DNA of 64,000 bases from Octopus bimaculoides (taxonomy: Eukaryota): NCBI RefSeq assembly GCF_001194135.2, contig NC_068986.1, positions 35,803,459 to 35,867,458 of the forward strand, given 5' to 3'. Shown in pieces: positions 51,901 through 64,000 of this stretch; position 1 is the first letter of the stretch; each line of letters begins with the position of its first letter. A program made the translations under genes and the position numbers. A model generated the notes under the pieces. That model was not told where the DNA came from, searched no databases, and was given only the letters and a program-made list of their open reading frames with translations.

Positions 51901-54141
51901 TAAAATGACGAGGATGGTACTGTGAGGTGTTACCAATTAACCATTATCTTTGGTCATTAAAATATTGTGTGAGATAAATGGAATTGAAAATAATTAAGCT
52001 TGGTTCTAATTAATAATGGTATCATGTAACCCGGTACAACTATCTCATGGAGATTCCTTCCCATCCACATTACTGAGAGAGGAAATTGTGAAGGCCACTT
52101 TCAAGTTATAAAATAAAATCTGAAATTGGTTGGAGAGTCTCTTATGGAGATGACAATAGTGACGCCATTTGTCAGATAAACTAGCGTGTTCGTCAATCCT
52201 TCGGAGGTTATTACATGGTATCTTGTCTGTCACTTCTTCAAAGGTGACAGACAGATTATCTGATTAGTTAAGCGCTATACAACGGTTCTATTAAGCCCAG
52301 ATACTATACAACATCCGTCGGAGTTCATACGCATTCACGAAGATGCTATATCTTCTCTAGTAATTCTAAGATGTGGTAATATGGCTAGAATATGTTTCGT
52401 GAGTAAGGTTTGATAAACCAACACACATAGGGAGTTGTCACTGTTCTACCAAAGATGAGATTCGCTCCCATTGCAGTCTATATTTAATAATTTTCAATTG
52501 TTAATCCGCTCCCTCGTTCTACTAATAATTTTAATTATAAGTAATCATAATCTCTTGGTACACTTTATCAAATGCTCTAGTCTAGTACTTTTCTTAGCTG
52601 GCTCAAGTATTTTCCGTGAAAGTGTATTTGAGATATATTTCATAAGGTAATTAGTGTTAACTTGCAGTCTTTGCTTTCTTCATCTTGCATGAAATTCAAG
52701 TTTCTGAGGTTTGTTCCCATTCAAAATTGTATGATATCTTTGTTAAAATATTGGAATTATGAATAGAACAACATTCAAGTAATGATTAAGAATAGATTCA
52801 TCTGTATAAACAAAGTCTCCATCTTCGACAATGATATAGTCCTATATTTTTCTTTAGTTGAGCTTAATCATGTTATTAGAACTATATTTCACATTAATAA
52901 GAAGCATATAAAGTAAGTCTGAGAGTTAATACCACTACATTAATAAAAACGAAGAAATAATGTAGAATATAATACTAGTAGTTGATGGTTAATCGCGTTT
53001 GTGTGAAGGTGACAAGCAATAAAAAAGAATAATAAAAGAACCCATAAAATGCATCAATGTTGAGAACACAATCGATCCTCTTAAAATTGAACTGATAAAC
53101 GAATGATTATAAAAAGTGAAGAATTCGGAACGACAGAAATCTTCAGATTTGAAACCTGGCTAAATCCTGAACGCATCAGATTTGTCAGTTAAGTTTATCG
53201 GCAGCTTCCATTCATTGACATGTGTCTGTCTAATAATTTTCTCAAAGTAGCTCATCAATGAGTTATTTTATACAAACAGAAAACCAATTTACACAGACGA
53301 AAACAAAGAGACACAAAAGCAGCATAAATACAAAACAGCAAGAATAACAATAACAAGAGCAAAATTAAATAAACATTGTTGCTCAAACAGTACAATGCTA
53401 GGAATGTGAAACAAGATGCTATTCATTGGGTGAAAAAAAAATACGTAAACGGCATTTAGTAAAAAAATATTAATCTCTGTTGAGAGTTATGAGATTAAAG
53501 TATCACAATGATTAAATCTGTTTGAGTCGAAAGACAGGTGTCATTAGTTGTGTGACAATTCTAGAAGCGTCCTAGTGGCTGAATCGTTACAGAAACATTT
53601 CTGAATCAAAATAACAATATATAGAAGGAAAATAAACACAGATAATCAGCAAAATCTTTCATTGATCTGCAAAAGGTGCAGTTGTTTCTGGAATTACTGA
53701 GTCCCTTAGTAACGCTGGAGTCACTAAGACATTCGTACAAGTGATAAAAGAATATAATCTGTATGAAATTCCGTAATGCTCTATTCATCTATACAACAAT
53801 GGAAGAAATTCTTAAGGTAATATCTAACCATTACATGTGAGAGTACCAAAATGTTTGGAACAAGACATTTTTTTCTCGTTAAACCTAATCCTCATCCAGC
53901 GTTCCAGTCAGTATTAACATATTTAACAGTGAGAGATAAATAAGAGAGGCCACCAGAAGCTATAGCATGTTGACTTATTGAGTTATTTGCATGTAGAGCA
54001 TTTCTCTGTACACCATAGATAACTTAGCTCTAGAGCAGAAATAACATTATGGTAAGCTTTAAGTTGCACTAAAACTTCGTTACTTCTGTAACATGCAACT
54101 AAAGAAAACATTATAGCACAAACATGGAAAACCACCTTGCT

Positions 54142-54179
<38 letters not shown>

Positions 54180-54444
54180 CCAACAAACTTGCAAATATAT
54201 ATCTACACTAAAAAAGACATGGTTGTCTAAAAGCATTACTTTATCGAGCAATGATATTGCCTGCAAATAACAATGGAACAATGAACTATTCTGGGCTTAG
54301 TGACAAGGTCCTTAAAAAGATATTTATTAATTGTATAGGTTTATTGACAGAAAAAAAGATGCTTCACCGCCTCTGTCTGAAAATATATAGAGAGGCTAAG
54401 AGATGCTGATATTAAACATTGTAATAGAGGTTGTTATATTACAG

Positions 54445-54474
54445 GACATGAGTACGCAACGATCATAGAATCTG
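54445..54474 (+). CDS. Candidate 30-nt phase 1-1 exon
   Basis: ttgttatattacag| acceptor and CTG|GTGAGA donor. Single open frame HEYATIIES. Confidence 0.3.
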
Positions 54475-55080
54475 GTGAGAATTTTGTCTCTTGGAGAAAT
54501 GTAACATCCTATCAATTTTGTTTTGTAATTTCTAGCAAAATATCAGAATTGGTGAATTCTTTGAGACATTTCCATCGATATTTGTTGATGAACTCCAACT
54601 ACCAACTGGATAAAATATTTTACTTCCAATAATATATCTTATCCATAGTGTGAAGGAGAGTCATAGAATGTAAACAAAACGCATTCAGTAATTCATCGGC
54701 AGGAAAATGTCATTAACAATATCCAGCTCCTTTGCTCTTGTGTGTTTTACATATATGATCCTGAAGACATCAACACATACCGTAGTTTGGCATGTAAATA
54801 GATAAATGTATCAAGTGTACGCGTATGGCAAATGAATAGAGAAGAGTTCGGTATTTTATTACCCTTTTCTAACTTTTGGTAATTCTATATTACTTTAATC
54901 TTTTGACATATTTACGAATAAGTTATCGTATATATCATTCCACTACTTCAAAACTTCAGTCGTCTGATCTATCGGTATTGTGAAAACCAGAGAAATGTTT
55001 CAAGTGGTTTTGTCTTCTAATATACTAATACTTACACACATGGAGGATGTGTATGAGACATATATATATATGTATATTTG

Positions 55081-55141
<61 letters not shown>

Positions 55142-58033
55142 TTGTCTACACACATGTATATATATATCTGTATATATATATTTATATATATATATATATT
55201 CATAGGTATTTATATCTATGCATATTGATATATGTTTTAATCTGTATATCGCTCTTATTGAACATCTACATTTAATTACACACACAGACAACACACACAC
55301 GTATACATATATGTGTGTGTGTGTGTGGAAACTTTTTTTCTATTGTTCCATGAATATTGATGTTGAAATAAAGGTATGTTATTTTGCGCAGTGAAAACCT
55401 TATGCCATTGACATATGACAATGTAAAATACACTTCTCTCTCTCTGTACACGTTAAGAGGTGTTGGAAAAGAAAATACATATAAAACTAAGAGTACTGTG
55501 AATGGGGAAGATATTAATGGAGATATATAGTAAGTAGTGAAGCTATGGAATAATATTCATCAAAAGAAACTGAGAAATATTGATAATAGTGGCAAAAATA
55601 TGGCCTAGAAATAAACTTTGAATGAGAGAAGAGATAATAATATAAAGTGAAAGTAATTGATAGAAAAGAGGTAGATTAGACGAATTAGAAAGATACTGCA
55701 CTAGAAAATGCAGAATCGAAGAAAAATAAACAAGTGGAAAGAAAATATATTGACATGGCAACCCACGTGAAGAAAACACGAATAAGATAAGGAGAAAATA
55801 ATAGAGAAAAACGATGACACCGAAAGTGGAGGAAAATGTAGTGATATACGTATTTCCCGAGAATATTAACCCTTGATATGAACGGAAGTTTAAACCAAAA
55901 AAATTTTCCAACTTACAAATTGATTACTTTATTTATACCATAACTTGATAAAATAAGAGAGAATCATCTTTAAATATAGATGAGATTTATAACTTTTCAA
56001 GAATTATATAAATGTTCTTTCTCAGAGATGCTTTATGCAAGAAAAACAACAGATATATTAAAGTTGATATATTATATATATATCACAACACAGAAATATA
56101 AAGAAAATCTTAATGCAGTTATGAAAATACAAAATTTGCTAAGTGGCAATTTATTGTCTTATCACTGCTTGTCTTCGGCAAATACTGAAAGTCTCAATCT
56201 AATTATATCTAAATATGTTAGCAGCTGCCTTTTGTACATGGCTTAATGATGAAAATTATAATAGTCAGTCAAATAATACAGTCTTTTCTTCACCGAACAG
56301 TTATATCTAAATCAATTTTTGCTTCTCCTTTTTATTAAATATGTTGATTCTGAATGCAATACATATTTATATGCAACCGAATTTTTATGCGTTATATTAT
56401 GTCTGTTGCATTGACACTCAATTCCCAATGACACAACAAAATTTGATTTTAAAAAGTTGATTTCAACTGAGCCGCCATCGAGGAAAACGAAGTTGACCCG
56501 TTTACTACTGAACTATACTAGAGAGTCATTATTTTCACAATATGATCAATACCCGTGATATTTATGCATATGTAATTTGAGTCAATGATGGTTGTAAAAT
56601 ATATCTCACTCATATTCAATGAAAGGTGACTAATACAAAAGGAAAGAAAACGACAGTACCAGTCCGTAATCAACCTCTTAAGCATGATATATATATATAT
56701 ATANNNNNNNNNNNNNNNNNNNNNNNNNNNNNNNNNNNNNNNNNNNNNNNNNNNNNNNNNNNNNNNNNNNNNNNNNNNNNNNNNNNNNNNNNNNNNNNNN
56801 NNNNNNNNNNNNNNNNNNNNNNNNNNNNNNNNNNNNNNNNNNNNNNNNNNNNNNNNNNNNNNNNNNNNNNNNNNNNNNNNNNNNNNNNNNNNNNNNNNNN
56901 NNNNNNNNNNNNNNNNNNNNNNNNNNNNNNNNNNNNNNNNNNNNNNNNNNNNNNNNNNNNNNNNNNNNNNNNNNNNNNNNNNNNNNNNNNNNNNNNNNNN
57001 NNNNNNNNNNNNNNNNNNNNNNNNNNNNNNNNNNNNNNNNNNNNNNNNNNNNNNNNNNNNNNNNNNNNNNNNNNNNNNNNNNNNNNNNNNNNNNNNNNNN
57101 NNNNNNNNNNNNNNNNNNNNNNNNNNNNNNNNNNNNNNNNNNNNNNNNNNNNNNNNNNNNNNNNNNNNNNNNNNNNNNNNNNNNNNNNNNGTATTAATTT
57201 AGAGAGGAATATTTTGGAAGTGAGGTATATACTGCGTAAGAACATTTAGGTAGCCCTCTGTTATTTCAAATCATAAATTCATAGATTAGTGTAATTTATA
57301 TTGAATATTTACAACGATGTGGCAAAAACGTAAAACAAAAAGTATATATTTAGAAATTCAATAGTCCCTCTCTCTCTCTCGATCTCTTATACTGCCATTC
57401 GTATCCTCCTTTCAATTTCGCAATTCCAGACATACAATTTTTGTTATTTAACAATCCATCTTGAAACCATGCGATTTGCACGAAAAGTTTCACGAGATAA
57501 ATATTTTCTGATATAATATTGTCAAATTTTCCACAATGTAATCAAATTGAATTCAGTTGCAATTGCTTAAGTGTAACACTTACATAAAAACTGATACTAA
57601 TGATAAAATATAACTAAAAAATTGTTTGCCATTTATATTAGGTTCTTGAAGTCTAAATAACAGGAGTGATGGAGAATTTCTTAAATATTGGCTGTTGTAA
57701 AATGAAGCTGAAAACGTGGGTGTGTTGAGGGTGTGTGTACAACTCATATCTGATCCCAAGTTGAAAAACTTAAATCATCATAAACTGAGATAGCCAACAT
57801 TTGTACGTCTTGCATGTGAAAGCATTTCTTGAGCGTTCCCTAGTAATAAAGGAAACGGTATTTATTTATCTTATTTAGAGAGTATGTGTTGGCTTCGTTA
57901 TATCGATGCTGGATGTGCTTTTGTGATCATTTTCCATATTACATATCGAAGCGTCTATTTATGAGTGACTGGCTTGTTCAGCATCAGTCAGTTCGTGGCA
58001 CGCAGACCCACATACCTTTGGCTTTCTGCCCCA

Positions 58034-58066
<33 letters not shown>

Positions 58067-58319
58067 TTCCCAGGTGAAAGTAAAGAAACTTAACACTTTT
58101 GATATCTGTAAACAAGACACCGCAGCTAAATGCTTGCAGCAGAATGCAATTCATTAAAAAAACACAGGCATTGGGTAGTGGCTTTGAACTGAGGACTCAT
58201 TTGGTCTCCTTAGCAGGAATAGGGACACTTCTGTGTATCAGCAATCGCATATTTTCCATATACGCAATTTCACTCACAAGGCTTTGGACCAAGCAGGAGG
58301 CTATTTAAAATACACTTAC

Positions 58320-58390
58320 TGACAACAATATCTTTTCGTAATTGATTCATAAGATGAACTACGACAATCCTTCCAAAGTCATGGCAAAAA
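58320..58390 (-). CDS. Candidate 71-nt exon
   Basis: gccatccttcag| acceptor and TCA|GTAAGT donor. Single open frame FCHDFGRIVVVHLMNQLRKDIVV, phase-compatible with 61771-61838. Confidence 0.3.
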
Positions 58391-58688
58391 CTGAAGGATG
58401 GCAGTTGTACCACAACTAATGATAAAACTTATGACACAAACTTGGAGACGGGGTGTGCACAAAGTTTGATATCGCTCCCGACTCAAGTCAAATTTGGAGT
58501 AGTGAGATGACGACGACGATGATGATAATGGGTATTACGAGGCTGATGACAAGCTTCCATGGTATCGATAGAGAACCATGTAGTTGGAAAATAAATGTCC
58601 TATAGGAAAGCACCTAAAACATCAAATTATATATTTACTTTACCAAACAGCAACTAAAAGTAATATTTTAACAGTACTACGGATTAGC

Positions 58689-58752
58689 GACGCGGGTCAT
58701 GTACCTATTGGATCATTATTCGACGCGGGTCATGTAATTATTCGATCATAAG
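58689..58752. repeat. Two-unit CpG-rich 32-bp tandem repeat
   Basis: cgacgcgggtcatgta....att.gatcat at 58689 and 58721. Confidence 0.8.
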
Positions 58753-59975
58753 TGTTTTCGCAGTCCCCCGCCCACCCAAAAGAGTGATGGAAGTCGTGTG
58801 TCTTACGTAAGAAATTCCAATGTGAACTTCGTGGTATTGCATAATGAATTACAGAAAGGTTACTAACTTTTTACGATTGGATTGTATAATCATCCTAGTG
58901 TAATATAATAAATTATTTCCTGCGGTCTTCAGGCAGTAACTTCCATTTCCTTGAGCAATATATACAATTCACCACATTTTATCTTGCTGGAGTATGGATT
59001 TGAGTAGAGTCGGAAAATTTAATCTGCACCAGCTTGGTCTACTACATTTTCTCTATTAATAATCGAAAGAGCAGAAACAAATAATTGTTGAATCCGTTAT
59101 GACTGTACGAAAGGACAGATTGTATGTATCAAAAGATTGGAAATGGATTTCACTGTTGGAATTATTCCATTTTATTTCTTCTGAGCCAAAACCAATATAA
59201 GGTTATTAACACAGACAAAAAAAAAATCATATTAAACTGCATTTTTGTTTTTCGTATATATAAAAGAATCACATGAAGAGTTGTGCAGTGATTGTAATAA
59301 TGTTTCACAGATGATATAAATAGTCATGGAATGTACTTGAATTCTTAAGATATATTCATAGTAAAAGTTCAGAGCAGTGCGTCTTCTATTTATTGCAAGA
59401 AGAGATAAATTTAGAAGCAGTCGACAAGCTTATGTCTAGCGATGACCTGAAGAAGTTTTACAATAAGACAATATTTAAGTACAGAGTGCCTTCGTAACAA
59501 ATATCGCAGCAGTTACTAAACTTTTTCACGATCGGATTAAATAAATAAACAAATACAACGAGATAAGGCAATAGCCTGACAATATGAACTAATCTAATTT
59601 CTCAAATAAGTACTTCAGCGTATGTATGCTAATTGTGGCGCGAACAACGATAAAACAATAAAAGTGCAGACGATCCATTTATAAAGGTAAGAAGTTAATG
59701 TGAAAATCAGATTAAAACTTTAACGAATCTGTATTTCTTTTCAGTAACACAGAACTACGTTTATGGATACAACAAAAATTCTATAGTTGTATTAGATTGT
59801 TTTGTGTTAATCGATGAAAGTGGCGGTCATTTATTAAAAGATCTTGCATTTATTATGTATACACTAGTCCCCTGGTAAATACGGGGGTTACGCTCCTAGA
59901 CCACTTGCAAATAGTGAAAAACTGCGAATATTGGACGTGGTCCATAAAAATGTCTATAAATGTCAATATATGACG

Positions 59976-60066
<91 letters not shown>

Positions 60067-60140
60067 TATATGAAGAAGGATATATATATATGTATGTATG
60101 TATGTATGCATGCATGTATGTATATGTATACATCTCTCTT

Positions 60141-60179
<39 letters not shown>

Positions 60180-60463
60180 GGCCTTGCCTGTCGGAACTGC
60201 ATGCATGCTAAGTCATCATGCATGTGTGCTCTTTCAATCACTTCTTAGTAAATGAAAGATTGTTTTAACAGAGTACAGAGCAGCAAAGAGGCTGATTCTC
60301 ACTAACCACGGTAGATAAAGAGTACAAACATGTATCAGACCAGTGGAGTAATATAAACCAGTAATATCTTTCTTTGAGTAACATTCAGAGAAATTATGTT
60401 GAGCCCGCTGGCAACTGTATACATATATATATTCATACTTACATATCTACTTATCTGTCTATT

Positions 60464-60514
<51 letters not shown>

Positions 60515-60531
60515 NNNNNNNNNNNNNNNNN

Positions 60532-60599
<68 letters not shown>

Positions 60600-60996
60600 T
60601 AGAGAGAGAGAGAGAGGAAGAGAGATGAGAGAGAGAGGGAGAAAAAGAGGCATACACATACACGTTTACATATATCACTTTAAAAGCCGAAGCTATCAAC
60701 TTTAGCAAAGTTGTTTTTATCGCTTTCGAAAATGGACATTAATCTTTCTTAAACTCCAGCAAATTGCTGTCACTAATTGATAACTTCGATAGGATTTAGA
60801 AATCGATAAAAAAAATACACAACAAAAATGTCATCATTCAGACACTAGCAGCATATATTCACACAGAGCACATTGTTTCTACAGATACTTTAGGAAAAAA
60901 AAAATAAAGATTAACTAGACAAAGGAAACAAATCGAATAAAATATACCATAAAAAATAAAATGTAGAAGTCTTCTTTACCTGTTGCTGTGTTTTAG

Positions 60997-61037
60997 TGTC
61001 ACAAGTCTTTTTAACGTTAGCTCTTTATAGAGAAAAT
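60997..61037 (+). CDS. Candidate 41-nt exon
   Basis: Strong acceptor ctttacctgttgctgtgttttag| and AAT|GTAAGT donor. Single open frame SQVFLTLALYREN. Confidence 0.25.
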
Positions 61038-61309
61038 GTAAGTTTTAGACTCTCAGCAAAATATGATAAAGGCAAAGGAAATGATTTTTTTATTTAGTTT
61101 GGCTGGAAGTGTGAGGCTAGACACAATGCAGTTAATATAATGGGAATGATGAGCTGTAATTCATACACGTTACAATATAAATATATATATATATGTCTCG
61201 TTTAGAGATTTCAGAATTAGCTACTTTGCTCGTTACGAGATCAGTGAATGTCTGCGGTTTCTCTGTCACACACACAGATACACTCATATACAAAAACACA
61301 CTTACAGAC

Positions 61310-61460
61310 ACTCATATACAAAATGTGTCGTCGTCACCGTGGTGTTAAATATTGTTTACTATCTCGTACGTAACGAACGCGCAAACATACAGACACGTAC
61401 ACACTCATATACGAAATGTGTCGTCGTCGGAGTCATCGTGGTATAAATTGTCCTTTACTA
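61310..61460. repeat. Imperfect tandem duplication, ~92-bp period
   Basis: cactcatatac(a/g)aaatgtgtcgtcgtc...cgtggt...tttactat occurs twice. Confidence 0.75.
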
Positions 61461-61770
61461 TAGCTGACTAAAGAAAGATTATTTTAGATAAAATGTTATA
61501 TTGTTTTAATCCAAATGAAAATAAAAATTACATGTTAACACTGCGGGGTCTAATATTATTACTTTGTAAAATTTAATATGATTTGGTGGAGCTGTTTGAG
61601 AATGCATAGGGAACAGACAGACAAGTACACAGACAGACAAGTAGACAGACAGACAAAGCATTTTCTATGGAGAGAGATTAGGTAGATTATATGACGGTGC
61701 AATAAAATATATAAGTATCAAAGATATATTATGTTTAGGTACATATGTTGGAAAATTGATATTAACTTAC

Positions 61771-61838
61771 CAGATAGCTTGCTGTATATCAGTGACATCA
61801 CCTTGTATAGCATGCTGGTGGAGAATTGTTAAAGCTGC
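61771..61838 (-). CDS. Candidate 68-nt exon
   Basis: CTG|GTAAGT donor, weak acceptor. Single open frame [22 protein letters not shown], loosely like an ankyrin T.LH..A..G motif. Confidence 0.3.
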
Positions 61839-62660
61839 CTGAGGTAATTTCCCGGCCCATTTATTTGGTGCATCCTTAGAAAAAAGGTAAAGGGATTAGA
61901 CTCTAGCAATTCTAAATAATTTTTTCTAATTATGTAAAGTGGAATATTTTTTACTATGGCAATAGTTTTTGTAAGTAGTATGAGAATGGACATCGTTATT
62001 TCGTTAAATGTTTGTAGAAAAGTTTGAAATATTGCAAGTTGTCAGATTTAAGCTGGCATACATCGAAGAAAAATAATCACTACTCGCGAATGTATATATT
62101 GTTTTTTATTAAGATTCGAGATAAAATATTATTTGTTGCATTCGTAAATATAGTTTTTGTCGAGATAAATTTATTTTGTCATTGAAAATTATTATTTTCT
62201 TTTCGCAAAAAGTAACCCTACATTTCTTCCTAAGTATAATTTTTGTTCGAGTCGAAAAATAAAAAAAGATTAAAAGAGGATTATATACTTTTTGTCATGA
62301 AACTGAATTCTATTTCATATATCAAGTTTTACAAATAACAAACTTCGTTTGTAGTGGTAGCACAGCACAACTTACAGTTTAAAATATATAAAGATTTGTT
62401 TGTCAAAAAAGAAACGAAATGTTATGACAATTTCTAAAAGAATCCTGTCACTGAAACTAGATATCATACGAAAACATATTTCTTTCTCAATAAAATATTT
62501 CGTGCTCATAAATGTATATTTTTCGGATATTACTAATTAAACTACACACACACACAAAAACACACACACACACACACAAACACACACGCACACACACACA
62601 CACACACACACACNNNNNNNNNNNNNNNNNNNNNNNNNNNNNNNNNNNNNNNNNNNNNNN

Positions 62661-62717
<57 letters not shown>

Positions 62718-63011
62718 AAAAGGAACACTTAAAAATTCACAAAAAGTTACCAAGTCATAGAATATTTTCGATTATTTACGTCATATTTATGTACATTTTA
62801 CGGAAAACACAATCATTTTAAAGATGCTGGAGGATGTTATGGTTTTTTGAGGAAAGTAATTTAAATTGTAATATCTTGTCAGCCATCTTTATTAATTTAG
62901 TTGTTCTGAATGCTGATATCATAAATCATACCTGAATATCAAAGCCTTATATGCAATATATTGTGAATGACGAACGAAATGAAATAATTAATTACTTTAC
63001 TTTTATGGTAA

Positions 63012-63051
<40 letters not shown>

Positions 63052-63286
63052 GTCTGTCTGTCTATCTATCTATCTACCTTCATACATGTCTATAATACAC
63101 ACACACGCACGTACACGCACGCACGTACACACACGCACACACACACACGCACGAACACACACGCACACGCACACACACACACATATATGCAGTTGAAATT
63201 TACAGAAAAACAAATACTAAGACACAGGTACAATTTTCTCTGTTATATATCAGTGAAAGCCGCACACATCCACACACTTATATGAT

Positions 63287-63329
<43 letters not shown>

Positions 63330-64000
63330 ATTCGGACTTTTGGCTATTAAATCCCGCTAATAAATTATTTGTATTGATGAAACTTACAGTATTGTAAAAT
63401 TTAGTCCTCGAATTGACAGTGAAATGGTATCGAACCTGGAACCATGTGCTTGTGAAGGCATCTTCTAACTAAACAGCCATGAATGTGGCCATATCTTCTG
63501 TGCATGCACGGTTTTAGATAATATCAAAATTGTGACACTGATTCTCTAGAGTTATCAAACGTTTGTGCATCTGTTCGATGTTTCTTATTAACCCCTTCGT
63601 AGCTTGTTCAGCTGAGGATGGGAGAACACTAAACGTGCCGAATGAATAGGCTTTGATCATTACTGTATTAGGATCTTTCTATATTCCATAGTGTACTTCG
63701 AAGAAGAAATATCTGATAACAGATCTTTTATATAAAGACACTTAACCTTTAGATACAGCAGCTAAAATATCGGAATTTTCCATGATATTGTATGCTTCAT
63801 ATCTTAAGTCGAAAATCGTAATCCTTTATGCTATATAATCGTAAAGCAAGTGAATCGTCATGATTAGAAGTTGAATGAAGTGATAAGGCTCAGTTAATCT
63901 AAACATATATTTAAAATGAGATATTTGGGTTAGTAACAAGTCACTGCAATAATTTTGGCTTCTTACACTGGCAGAAGGCAGCACATCTTGGATGAAGGCA

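Overview
AT-rich eukaryotic genomic DNA. It is dense in (TA)n, (CA)n, (GA)n and (TAA)n microsatellites, and most of the ~15 assembly gaps start inside these repeats. The repeat families and the assembly style suggest a coleoid cephalopod, most likely Octopus (inference from recalled repeat families, not a database result). There is no long genuine ORF: the ORF track is mostly microsatellite read-through, N-runs and transposon fragments. Identifiable content is: about five tRNA-derived SINE families; Penelope-like remnants, four carrying minimal hammerhead-ribozyme cores; an R4/Dong-like and an RTE-like LINE 3' end; and mariner, maT/DD37D and piggyBac transposase relics. Short GC-elevated non-repeat patches between these have good splice signals and look like small exons of a long-intron gene. 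I could not identify the protein or fix its strand. Most notable: several plus-strand candidate exons sit inside irregular exon-intron RNA duplexes, clearest at 13185-13468 and 30974-31051. This is the architecture of ADAR recoding and splice-masking substrates. Also notable is a tRNA-head/(TAA)n/hammerhead chimeric element at 49319-49660. All folds were traced by hand.
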